A DNA stretch of 64,000 nucleotides from contig NC_043001.1 in NCBI RefSeq assembly GCF_006345805.1, positions 90,768,001 to 90,832,000 on the forward strand. Direction: 5' to 3'. The translations under genes were made by a program, and so were the position numbers. The DNA comes from Octopus sinensis. Lineage: Eukaryota. Below the pieces are notes generated by a model. The model worked only from the letters and a program-made list of their open reading frames with translations, had not been told where the DNA came from and did not search any database. This document shows, in pieces, positions 39,800-51,742 of this stretch. Each line of letters opens with the position of its first letter. Positions within the stretch are counted from its first letter, which is position 1.

Positions 39800-39889
39800 G
39801 TATGTATTGGCATAAGATTAGTCATTTAACGTGTCATGTTGTCTTAAAGTATGGTGATGCTCATAATTTGCTTTTGTCAATATTTTTAG

Positions 39890-39980
39890 GTGACTGGTTC
39901 ACATCTCGAACCTCAGCCTGTGGTCTCTTCTCGGTGTGCTATCCCAGAGTATCTTCAAGTGTAAAGGCAGAACTGCATCT
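39890..39980 (+). CDS. PPP2R1A: PP2A-A exon 5 ([30 protein letters not shown])
   Basis: tttttag acceptor; CT|GTAAGT donor; 91 nt. Confidence 0.96.
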
Positions 39981-41054
39981 GTAAGTATTTTCTTTTTTTT
40001 TCTTCCTGTCACTGTTCATATCATAATTGTAACAACCATCTTTCATTAATGTTTTCTGTATGCATTATATATAACTTGTTTTTGTTGTTTTTAAAGTGTT
40101 ATCTTAGATAAAATTTGAGGTGCTCTTTTACATTTTTGGAATTTTAGAAACTTCCACTTATGTCTTGGCGTCTGCCAGTCAGAAAGAACTTTATTAGATC
40201 TTTGAATACAAGACGTGTTTAAAATGATTTACTGTGATAGTAATAAAGTAATTCAATATTCTAACATTTAGTAGGATATGCAAAAAAATATATTCCACAT
40301 TTGTTTCACAAGTGGAGTTTTTTATTCTTCACTGATATGAATTTTCAGAAATTCATATCAATATGTAATAAAATTAATACACGTTTTAATTATACAGTTC
40401 TATCTTTAAGCAATGAGGAATTATGTACATTATTTACAATTGACGGATATTTAACCTTATCTTGTTTGTTGTTAACACAACGTTTCGGCTGATATACTCT
40501 GCACTCCAGTTATTAAGAAAAGAGAGGATGAAACTGATAAACTGTCCAGTCTGTCTACCCTATGTGAAAGGCCTCTCTGAAAAGATATGCGGCCCATATG
40601 ACATCAGGACAGTATTCAAAAGTAATACAACACTTTGCAAGTATCTCCTTCAAGTAAAACCACCTATAGAAGAGAATATGACTAAGAACTGCATGTACTC
40701 CATCCCATGCACCTGTGGTAGGTTATACAAAGGCAAAACATGCCACCCCCTCGAAATAAGGGTAGAGGAACATCACGAAGCTGTGACTCGGAGAGATATT
40801 GATAAATCAAGTATAGTTGATCATGTATGGAAAAATGGAGACCATCTCTGCCTATGGGATGAAGTTAAAATAATAGAGACAGAGAACACCACTGGAAAAT
40901 ACGAAAACTAAAAGAAGCAGCACATATGCTAGGACACAACAACCTCCTAAGCAGACCGAGTGCAGATATGAACAGCATATGGGAACTGGTATTAAGGAAG
41001 GACAGAAGAATTATTAGATTTATAAGCTCTAAAATTCACTCCATAATTATCCAT

Positions 41055-41126
41055 GGGCATATGGCGTAGTGGTTAAGAGTGTGGCTACTAACCCCAAGAT
41101 TCTGAGTTTGATTCCAGACAGTGACC
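41055..41126 (+). pseudogene. tRNA-like sequence inside the Penelope 3' region
   Basis: A-box TGGCGTAGTGG (41062-41072), anticodon-arm-like ggctactaacc, degenerate B-box GAGTTTGATTCC (41104-41115). The acceptor stem is poor, so it is not a functional tRNA. Confidence 0.65.
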
Positions 41127-41185
41127 TGAATAATAATAATGAAAAATACCTTAGGAATGAGAACCCAGGTTTGAAATTTTCCCAA

Positions 41186-41231
41186 GACACCTGATGAAGG
41201 CTGGAGGGTATATCAGCTGAAATGTCATGTT
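41186..41231 (+). ncRNA. Minimal type I hammerhead ribozyme of the Penelope pLTR, slightly decayed
   Basis: gacac-CTGATGA-a-ggctg(gagggtatat)cagct-GAAA-tgtc-atgtt: core boxes intact, stem II intact, minimal stem III, one mismatch in stem I. Confidence 0.75.
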
Positions 41232-42110
41232 AACAACAAACAAGATGAGGGCAAATATCCGTCAATTGTATATAATGTTTTAATTATATTTTAGGAGGTC
41301 TAAATATACTTTGAGGATTAGTCAGATCCTTAGACATTTACCTGATAGATGACTATATAAGAGCTGTGGAATTAAATTTGTTCATAAGAAATGTAACTAC
41401 TATTTTATTGGTAATTATTACCAACAGGTCTGCACCTCACATAGTGCTGCCAGTTGCAGTTACATAAATCAGTATATGTGGATGTATGTAAACTGCAAAC
41501 AATGGTAAAAAATAAAATTTTCCATTCTCCTCAGCTGTTTTCACTATATTAGGATTGCTATGAATGTGTTTCTCTGATGCTTCTTAGTTGACATTGCTCT
41601 TTCAAGGTCCCAGTCATCAGATTTGTGATCTTTGCAATTGTTACATAAGTCTACTATGACTACTACTTGAAAGATGTTAAAGAAACTTTTCTCACTAGAT
41701 AACACTTAATTTTATCAGTCAAAATAGAAGGGTGGACAGTTTAGTAGTTTTTCTAGCCAAGCTGGTGTTCATATAGGCCAATACAAAAACGGGTGAGCTT
41801 GCAAATACTTTGTGTCGGTTGGTTTGAAAATCAGTGCAGCTAAAACCAAGATTCTTTCGAATGGACTTTTGTAAATGAACAGAAGGGTGTCCTAACAGTG
41901 AATTGCATCCAATGATAAAAGGTGGATAAATTCATCTAGAATTGTTCTTCCTTTCAAACAGTCTGTGACAATAAAATTAAAGCACATTAGTTTGTGTGGT
42001 CTTGAAATGAAGCTCTGCAAGAAAAATGTATTCCAAGCTCTGTTCTGCAACATGAAATCTGATTCCTCTGGAGTCAGGATATCCATTATTTAGAAATATT
42101 AATTTCCATA

Positions 42111-42443
42111 GACACAGCTGTGTAGTTAAGAACTTGCTTCCCAACTGTGTGGTTTCGGGTTCAGTCCCATGTGCAACACCTTGGGCAAGTATCTTCTACA
42201 ACCTCAGGCTAACCAAAGCCCTTGTGAGTGATTTTGGCAAGTAGAAACTGAAACTCATGTGATGGCTATAAATAAACTTAACTTTTTACTAGCATTGTTA
42301 TTCATTTCCATCGTCCATGAAAAACATGTCTGACCATAGGGAAATAATACTTTGCTTGACAGCAGGCAGGGCATCCAACTGTAGAAAATTTGCCTCAGGT
42401 TTTGTGTGACTTGTTCAAGCATGGAAAAGTGGACATTAAAATG
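42111..42443 (+). mobile_element. Meta-like SINE with RTE-type tail
   Basis: tRNA head gctgtgtagttaag...gggttcagtccc, core cttgggcaagtatcttctac...aaagcccttgtgagtggatttt, tail gggcatccaactgtagaaaat...agcatggaaaagtggacattaaaatg. Confidence 0.8.
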
Positions 42444-43176
42444 GTTCAGAGATTACACACACTTTGTCAACATGGCAATTACATGTCCTCAAAATATGTT
42501 CTTTGAAGTGACTATTATCTGAACCTAAAACCTGCAACTACCACTGGGTTTGGGCTATGCTTGTCTCTGCTCAAAAATCTCTTTATTCTTTCAAGCCAAC
42601 TCTATACTTTGGTTGTGGAGGTGCAACTGAAGACATGGCTGCAGGACATCTCAGCAGATCTAACTTTATTGTTGAAACTTTAACCACTGATCAGTTGCAG
42701 TCAATAAGCAGGGATTGGTTTCAAAGTAGGTCTTACTTGACTTGTGACAGACAATAACGAATTACAATTGTTTGCAACATTGGTTACCAGAAGATGTTAG
42801 AGAAGTCTGAAATTTTGATATCAATTACATGCAATAAAATATGGCTAGGTTAGTCATCTAGATTATTTGTGAAAAATAGTTGAGTTTATTTGAAAAAGTT
42901 TGTTCTTTAAATTTTAGAAAGGTAATTGACATGAGATCTTGCTGTAATATAAATGATTTTAACATAAGTCTATAAAGTTTTATAGTGTTGCTGAATGACT
43001 GTACCCAACTGGGATACAATATGAGCAACAGAACTTTTTCTTTTTCCATTTAGGTTTAGGTGATTGTGACAGCTGGAACTTGCAAAGTGGTTTTGTCATA
43101 GAGTGGTATTAGGCATGTTGTTGTTGTACTTTAACACAGAATTGAGTTTTAATAATGCAATTTTTTTCTATTTCAG

Positions 43177-43324
43177 GTGTTTTAAAACCTTATGTTTAGA
43201 TGATACTCCAATGGTACGTCGAGCAGCTGCTGGCAAGCTGGGAGAGTTTGCAAAGGTGGCAGACACAGAATACCTCAGATCTGATTTAATTTCATTGTTT
43301 AATAGCCTTGCTCAAGATGAGCAG
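43177..43324 (+). CDS. PPP2R1A: PP2A-A exon 6 ([27 protein letters not shown]...QDEQ)
   Basis: tttcag acceptor; CAG|GTAGGT donor; 148 nt; DDTPMVRR motif. Confidence 0.97.
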
Positions 43325-44493
43325 GTAGGTTTACTTAACTTTATTTTGTAATTTTCCATTATCAAATCCTTTGGTTGAGATTGTCACTAGAGTTGAGTTT
43401 TCATTACAAAATAATGAACATAAGTCTTTGTCCTCAATTAATGTTTATATGCACAGAGAAAATCTTTTTAAAGTGGAAATGATGAGGTGCAGGTATAGTT
43501 GTGTTCTGTAGTTTATTTCAAATACCTGGCTGTTGCTGGAACATTAGTTACAGTGTGGTTAAGTTCACCTTTTTACTACATGGTTCTGGATTGAATCTTA
43601 TTTGCCATCACTTCATGGTACCTACAGCATATCTTCTGCTATAGTCTTAGGTTGACCAGTACCTTGTGAGCAGAATTTGGTTGACAGAAACTGTAGAAGT
43701 ATGTCAGATATAGGTATATCATTCTGTGCATGTTATATTGAAGAACCAACTATTCAAATATTTTTTTAATGGTTTCCCATTTTGCCTTATAGGTTCATTG
43801 TTTAGTTTGAACAATATTTCGAAGTGTTCTTGGTCTCATCTTCAGAATGAAGTGATGGTAGTGGTACTATTATTTCCATGGTTTTGAAGTAGCAGCACTA
43901 CCACCACGTTTTTATGAAGTTGGGATTGGGAAGTTTTTGAGACGTTTAATGGTCTTAGGAATTTTTTCTTTTTGTTCCAAACTAACCTTAAAGAAACTAA
44001 TAAGGAATATGAAAAATCAACATAACAGTTAAAAGAAAAGTAATTTTTTATATATGCAAAGATGTGTGTGTGGCTTTTATTAGTATCAAGTACTTTAATA
44101 AAAAAAATGCTCTGGTATTTGTCCTGCTATAGTTTCAGGAGTATTGACTTGTCACTTTTGCCAGTGATTGGACCATTGAAAACCTGTAGCCAGTGACTTT
44201 TTCAACTTGTATATAGCCACTCCATCCATATTAACTTCTCATAATTATGCTTTCCTCTCTTTTAGTTAAACTAATATTTTATCATAGGTTTTTTTTTTTT
44301 TTGTTAACATTTTCAGGTAGATGAGCTTCTACTCTCTATTGCATCTTTTGAAATTTCACTTAACATTCTCAATTATTTGATCACTTTTTTTATTCATATA
44401 AAGGAATAGTTTGTATGCACAAGTTTAGGTATAAAATATATTTCATTTTCCTTTTATATACATGAAAGTTTTTATTTTTTAATTTTTTATTAG

Positions 44494-44649
44494 GATTCAG
44501 TACGTCTGCTGGCTGTTGAAGCCTGTGTCGCTATTGCATCATTACTTAATGCTGAAGATGTTGAAACCCTTGTAATGCCAACACTACGGCAAGCAGCTGA
44601 AGATAAATCATGGAGAGTGCGTTATATGGTTGCTGACAAATTTACTGAT
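44494..44649 (+). CDS. PPP2R1A: PP2A-A exon 7 ([11 protein letters not shown]...[18 protein letters not shown])
   Basis: ttattag acceptor; GAT|GTGAGT donor; 156 nt. Confidence 0.97.
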
Positions 44650-44869
44650 GTGAGTACTATCATCATTATTATTTAATGTCTGTGTACATGTTGGTATAGG
44701 TTGGATGGTTCAATGGCTTCTATCCTGAGGGGTATGTTAGTCTCTAGTGTCTGCTTTGACAAGGTTTCTATAGCTGGATGCCCTTCATAACATGGTACAT
44801 TTATAATTCATTTGACTTTGACTAAACTTACTAAATTAATTTACTGTAGTAAAGATTCTCTGAAAAACT

Positions 44870-45745
44870 GTAGAAAAAAGTCACCCATCAGAAACAACCA
44901 GACAACGTATCTTATTAGGAAGCTCATGTACAAATCTCCTCCTCTCCCCATCCCAATTCATTGATAAATGCACTGCAGTAGTTAATGCTGTATCACAACC
45001 TACAGTGCTTGGAGAAAATCGTTATTGCCACTTCAAACTGGGCAGCTCATACTAAGCATTGCAAGACCAGCATTAAAACTGCATTAAAGCTTGCATCACA
45101 TTATCCACATGCAACTGAGGCACCACACTATATCTGCATTAACTCCATGACAGACCTTGAACACCTACAGTGGAATCATGCTAATTTATCTCCATCTCAA
45201 AGACTACCATACACATATCAAAGAAACCTGACACTCCTCCACTAAACATGAACGGCACCTTCAGTCACTTAAAACACTAGGCCTCGCTATCACTGAAGAA
45301 TTCTCTTGGTGATCACACATCTCCAAAGCAAAGATTACATACATTTCACTGTCTGGTCTTCCAATTGAACTCTCAACAGCTGCTCACTTGCCACAACATT
45401 CAGATAAGTCCCACATTAGAGTACTGTTATCATTATCTAGAATGGTGTTGTTGCCATTCATATCAATATTCAAGATTGCATGCAAAGAAAAAACTCAACT
45501 GACTGGCATGAAGTCACTCACAAACATTCCAGTCTATGGCCCATAGTTTTGCTCCTTGGCACTATCTAGTTTTGTGCCAATTTACTTCTCTCTCTACTGA
45601 TCATCCACATTTTGTCTACTTCCCTCTTCCGAGCTTCATTCTTACCATTATATATGTCCTTCCCTAGAACAATAGTCATTTTGGAATTCCCTACCTGCAA
45701 TCATTGACTAGCAACATTTCAAGTAGACTGTTAATGACCTGAATC
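44870..45745 (+). mobile_element. Decayed CR1/Jockey-group LINE 3' portion
   Basis: Frameshifted remnants QISPTLEYC and FPRT..xWNSLP...QHFK resemble CR1-group RT C-terminal motifs. Confidence 0.55.
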
Positions 45746-45914
45746 TTTTCTTGGGAGAGCATCTATGAAAGTAGATTGATCAATACTTGCAAATATATTT
45801 TTGTGGTGTGTATTATGAACTATTATTTTATGATAAACATACAGTATAAAGCGAGGGTGGTATTACGCGTACTAACTTGACAAATAACTTTGCTTTAATA
45901 TTTTCTTTTTTCAG

Positions 45915-46029
45915 TTACAAAAAGCTGTTGGCCCTGAAATTACAAAGAATGATTTAGTGTTGGCTTTTCAAGGACTCTTAAAAGATTGTGAAGCTGAAGT
46001 ACGTGCCGCTGCTGCACACAAAGTAAAAG
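45915..46029 (+). CDS. PPP2R1A: PP2A-A exon 8 ([38 protein letters not shown])
   Basis: ttttcag acceptor; G|GTCAGT donor; 115 nt. Confidence 0.97.
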
Positions 46030-46221
46030 GTCAGTAGAATGGGACTATTTAACATTTCAGATTTAAATGTGTTCGACACAATCATTTGATTTTTTAAATG
46101 TTTGTGATTGTGTGCATTTAACTCTTTATTTTGGGGATTTCTTGAAAACTTAACTGTCAAGCAAAAAATAGTTTTCCAAAATATCTTAAATTATTTTCTT
46201 TTCTTTTTTTTTTTTAATCAG

Positions 46222-46378
46222 ATTTTTGCCAGTATCTTGCACCTGATATCCGTGAAAGTTTGATCATGACAAATATCCTTCCTTGTGTCAAAGAACTTGT
46301 TTCTGATGCCAATCAACATGTCAAGTCCGCTCTAGCCTCAGTCATTATGGGTCTTTCTCCAATTTTAGGAAAAGAAAA
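46222..46378 (+). CDS. PPP2R1A: PP2A-A exon 9 ([12 protein letters not shown]...[23 protein letters not shown])
   Basis: T-tract + aatcag acceptor; AA|GTAAGT donor; 157 nt. Confidence 0.97.
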
Positions 46379-46847
46379 GTAAGTGAAAGGAATATGTATA
46401 TATAATTATTTAAAGGGTACAATACATTGAGAAATACTCATATTCTTTAGGTGCAAGCCACATATGAAACTATTAGTAACGTTTAAATACATGTATTGAG
46501 CCCTTTTAGATGAAAAATATTTATCTCATCAGATGGAGTACTTTGTTGAATTTTCTATCATGGAACAGTAAATTTTATATATATATATTATAGCAAATAA
46601 AAAATAAGATGTTGGATAAATATCAGTTCATTACAGCTGTTTCTTACACTTTTTATTGATCCAACTAAAGGTGGTGCTTACAGGTAAGTCAACAAAACCT
46701 GGTGCATACCATTTAAGTGCCCGATTGTCTCCATCATCACTTTATATTGTTATATATATAATTTACTCCAAATAAATTATTGATCTTCAAATATGACTTC
46801 AGGAAATTTTCATAATTTTCAAGTTTCTTGTTAGATTCTTGATATAA

Positions 46848-47084
<237 letters not shown>

Positions 47085-47342
47085 TGAAATAAGTTATTTT
47101 AAAATAAAACTGTTGGTTCTACTGTGTTGTAAAATTGCATCTTTCTTACGTATCTCTTAAGTTGTGGTTTTCACTGAGATAAACTTTAAGGATCAGATGT
47201 ACAAGACTTAAGAAAATGCGGAAATTTTTTTTTATCCCTCTCTATTCACATTAGCAGATAACTTGATATGATATGTAGGGTTGAATGATTGGACAGTAAA
47301 CATTAATTTGCATTACTCTAACTAGAATTTAATCCTTAAATC

Positions 47343-47545
47343 GGATCTCTTCAGTTTCGCTCACAGATTTTAAAATTATTTTTTCTTAACTAAACAGTTT
47401 GAAACTTTATGTACTGGTATAATTTCTCACATTGAACACAGTTTACTTTCAAGATTTTTGACAAAATTTCGTATTGCAGAAATTATTTCATGTTAAAGCT
47501 GTTGTATTTGGGTAATTTTAACCAATCAATGACGTATTCAGATGA
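47343..47545. mobile_element. Partial relative of the GGATC-ended MITE at 1830-2258
   Basis: Starts ggatctcttcagtttc; shares aaacttt.tgtactggta.aat and aaccaatca.tgacgt blocks in reverse orientation. Confidence 0.5.
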
Positions 47546-47737
47546 AGAAAGCTACTACCGTATGCAATGGTAATCAAAGAGCAACAACTTCTGGGCCATC
47601 TCTACTAAATGTCACCATTTAATAGGCTGATATTCAATTTATTTGGCTAGCTGTGATTTAATTTGCTTAAATGATTCACTTACTAAAACTTGTGTGAGTT
47701 TTTATTGAAATTAAATTTACTGCTTTTTGTATTATAG

Positions 47738-47893
<156 letters not shown>

Positions 47894-48954
47894 TAAACTA
47901 CCTTTCAACTACCTTTCAAAAATGAACTTAAAAAGCAGAATAAAGGTCCTCAGTATGATTTTTAGCTGTATTTCCTTATTTAACATTTATGTGTAACTTT
48001 CACATTTTCTTTTAGTTATATGATCTATAATAAATCTTTTGTAGTGTGTGCATCAGATAAATATTTAGTTACTAGATCAACTTCCTCCTTGTCTACTGAG
48101 TGCTCAGGTTATCTGTAATAAACTATACATTTTCAGAGGTGTAGTTTACAATAATCACACTGCCTTAACGGGACTATAATTGACTGATTACCACAAAAAT
48201 CTGCACTTGGTACTTTCTATAAAGTGAGTGGTTATTAAGAAGTGAGGAGACTATACCAAAGCAGGCATTAAAGCATGCATCCTTCAGCTCAGATTCTCTC
48301 AAATCATCCAATTTATGCCAGCTTGGAAAAGAAATGTTAATTGATGATGCTAGTGTGCATGTATTCTGTCTAGAATTCAGAATTGAATGTAGAATAAATC
48401 TGAATATTTAAAATTAGAGACAAAAGGTGCGAATCAAGCAATGGTAGCATTGACATAATTTTTATATCCATGAAAGATATAACAAAGAATAAGCCTAAAT
48501 GTACGATTGTAATAGGTCTATACTCCAACAAATCAATCAGAAGTTTTATGTATGTTTGTATGTAAATGTCATGGTTTAGCCCTGATCAAATAAATTTATA
48601 AGGTGCATTCCAGATGTCTTTGTTTTCCCCCTCAAGATAGTGTAATTTGAGAGAGATTTTGTTATTTATAACAAGTCATGCAATTATGGAAGCCTTCTCA
48701 TTGACTCCTATCATGTTGAAGGAAGGAATTGGTGTTTAAGCCAGTCTAAAGAAATGACTCCCTCTCTGTACTATTGATAAGAAAGGATTTCAGAAGTCAA
48801 AAAAGACCTAATCTAGTTTGTTTTTTTAAATTTTTTAATCTATTTAACTATTAAAATATTTGCAAAAACTTTACTATGTAAAAATGAAGCAGTCAGATGA
48901 CATGATTATACTTGTGTAACATCATTATCACCTTTTAAAATTTAATTTTTCCAG

Positions 48955-49015
48955 GGGGTAGATTTCTATGATGAAAGATTGAACACTCTTTATATGAACT
49001 GGCTAAATGACTATG
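48955..49015 (+). CDS. PPP2R1A: PP2A-A exon 12 (GVDFYDERLNTLYMNWLNDY)
   Basis: ttttccag acceptor; G|GTAAGT donor; 61 nt. Confidence 0.95.
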
Positions 49016-49466
49016 GTAAGTAGTTTGAAAGATATCATTTATACATAATATATTATCAAAAGGTTCTGCAATTAGACTGCAGAAAGCCATTTGGGTTTTG
49101 ATACATCTCATAATAAATTAGTTTTAATGCTTGTTCTTTGATAGGCCAACTGATTGATAATTAAAATATGTAATTATTTTCCTCCTTTCCCTTAATTCCT
49201 TCACAGAATTAAGATCTGTTTTATTTCGTTATAGCCAAATAAAGTTTTAGTTGGCATTGCTAATAAATTTAGCATCCAGAAGATTTTTTAAATTTCTTGG
49301 CTTTACTCAAATCACTTTATCTTTGTAAATATGGTTATGATCCCACTCCATAATGGGTAGCATTTTATACTGGCTAGCAGACCACATCACTATTGCATTG
49401 TGTTCTCAGTTCACAATTTTCAGAATTGGCTTTCTAACTTCTAATTGTAATATTTTTTTTTTCTAG

Positions 49467-49621
49467 TGTATGCCATTCGTGAAGCTGCTACTTTGAACCT
49501 GAAGAAACTTGTTGAGAAGTTTGGTGTGGAATGGGCCCAAAAGACTGTGATTCCTAGAGTGCTCTGTATGTCACGTGATACCAACTATCTACACAGAATG
49601 ACTTGTCTTTTTTGTATCAAT
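49467..49621 (+). CDS. PPP2R1A: PP2A-A exon 13 ([20 protein letters not shown]...[13 protein letters not shown])
   Basis: T-tract + ctag acceptor; AAT|GTAAGT donor; 155 nt. Confidence 0.97.
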
Positions 49622-50547
49622 GTAAGTTTGTAACTTGCTGAGAAGAAACTCAATTTAAACAATATTTGTGTTAAGTTCTATCTTGTAATCTGATGTTTTT
49701 AGGTATATGGATAAAACTCAAACTGTGCTTCCTAACTTACATTTAGTATAAGATTCCATGCACTGTATTCTCTTAGGCAATGACAAATCAAGAAGCAAAT
49801 AATTCTTACATGAGGTGTAATTATTTGATATACAAATGACAAGGACATGATTTTATATATGTGCACATAGAATTTTAGAAAGTGAATGCAAAGTGTGTTT
49901 GGAAATCCTTACACCTTAATTTAAGATTAAGACTCACAGAAGGTGACAGTCTGCATTTTCAAATAAATATGATCGCAATACCATTAGGTTAGATCTAGAT
50001 AGGTTCAGTGGCGATATGAATGCAAACAATTCAAGCAAGATAGTTTTTGTTAGCTGAAAATCTCAGCAGTATATTTTTCATTGTTCCACTTACTTGAGTA
50101 TAACTTGAATATAAAGCATTAATCACAACTCAGTTTTTTTATTGGTGGCAACATTGAATTCTTGTGTGCCTATTAGTGGCTTACTAAGAAGCATAAAGTT
50201 ACTATAAATATTTGGCATCCGTGTTTGTCTCCAGGAATCTAAGGATCTATTATAATTTGATATATCTAAATTTAATTTTATTTAGAACTTCTGTGCAAGT
50301 TATATTCTGTTCCTATACTGAAATTAGCTTGATAGCTCTAGCATAATTAACATTTCCTCCTCTGCATAAAGCAGCTTATTCTTCAAAATATGGAAGAAAT
50401 TCCCTTTCATTAATGACCTTTTAATTTTTTTTTTCTATGTAGGATGTTGCATGGTTAGTCTTTCAAACATCTTTTAGCAGCTGAATACTTTAATGCTGGG
50501 AAAGAATTGTTGATGATAATTTTTTTTTTGTTTTTTTTTCCCCTTAG

Positions 50548-50690
50548 TTGCTGGCTGATGCTTGTGGTACTGATGCCACAACGAAGTTGATGTTGCCAAC
50601 CATTTTGAGTATGGCATCTGACCCTGTGGCAAATGTTAGGTTCAATGTTGCAAAGACAATGCAAAAGTTAGGCCCTATGTTTGACCAGAA
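50548..50690 (+). CDS. PPP2R1A: PP2A-A exon 14 (LLADACG...[23 protein letters not shown])
   Basis: Long pyrimidine tract + cttag acceptor; AA|GTAAGT donor; 143 nt. Confidence 0.97.
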
Positions 50691-51396
50691 GTAAGTTTTT
50701 TTTTTCTTTTTTTTTTCTCAAATTTTTTCATATCCTTTAAATATGTGGCTTTTTATTGAAGGTGAGCTAATTTGTGTGTGTGTGTGTATTGGGATGGCAA
50801 CTAGTTGGACCTTTTGAACTGTATGAGGTGAGATGGTTTGAATATTAATGTAGCCAAATGATCATTTCAGTTAGTTTTTACAAGTGGAAAGAAGTGACTA
50901 ACAATCAAATGGAGTTCAACTATAAGAAGTTGAGTTTGAACTATTCCTTATTACTAAATTCAAGTCTAAGAAATTAAGAAGTATTACTTTATGATGCTCA
51001 GGACCTATATATAGATTGTCATATATAGTTTGATCTTGCTTTGGGATTGTGTCCACAAACATGATTTGTTACCTCTAAAATTAAAAGTAATCTGAAAGTG
51101 TTCAATAAGAATACTGCATATTAAACTCCTTGAGTACATGCTCTTGCATGTTTCTCATTCTCAGATCAGGCATCCATTTTAACCCATTTTATTGTCACCA
51201 GCAGATGAGCACCTGAAGATAAGTTTTTGTATTGATTACTGGTCCAAGTACCTGCAGTTATTTCTAATAGTTTGTGCGCTTATTTCATGATGGTTCTAGT
51301 AGTGACAAGTGGTATGATTCGGTTGGAGGAATTTGCTACACCTACTATTTCAATTAATTTAGCGGTTTTACTAATTTTCTGCATAATTTTTTTCAG

Positions 51397-51488
51397 TACT
51401 ATTCAGTCCCAATTAAAGCCTGTTCTTGAAAGATTGAAATCTGATGATGATGGAGATGTTCGGTACTTTGCATTGGAGGCAATAGAAG
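51397..51488 (+). CDS. PPP2R1A: PP2A-A exon 15 (NTIQSQLKPVLERLKSDDDGDVRYFALEAIE)
   Basis: tttcag acceptor; G|GTGAGT donor; 92 nt. Confidence 0.96.
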
Positions 51489-51742
51489 GTGAGTCTTGGG
51501 ATGGAAAAATAAATTTAAATATTTGCTGAAATTATGATTAACTAGGTGATCCATTTGGACATGCTTACCCAGTTTTTGAAACCTTAAATTAAAACACATT
51601 TTTAAGATTCTTTTTTCTTGGTGTATTTAATCAGGTGATCTACAAGTGTGGATGGTCATAGGCACACAGATTACTGAAGCAGTAATCAAATCCTGCTTGT
51701 GTAAATTTTAGGACTAGATAATTGTGATTTCTCTGTCATTAA

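Larger units (their letters stand above)
40395..41276 (+). mobile_element. 5'-truncated Penelope-like element: inverted partial pLTR, GIY-YIG endonuclease remnant, 3' pLTR
   Basis: ORF 40462..40911 has CMYSIPCTCGRLYKGKT..LEIRVEEH...SSIVDHVW (GIY-YIG with PLE Cys/His motif). Inverted repeat 40427-40500 / 41205-41278. 12-bp TSD GTTTTAATTATA at 40383-40394 and 41277-41288. Confidence 0.9.

Noticed and set aside
41055-41126. Functional tRNA gene
   Set aside because: Acceptor and T stems do not pair properly, the B-box is mutated, and it sits inside a retroelement.
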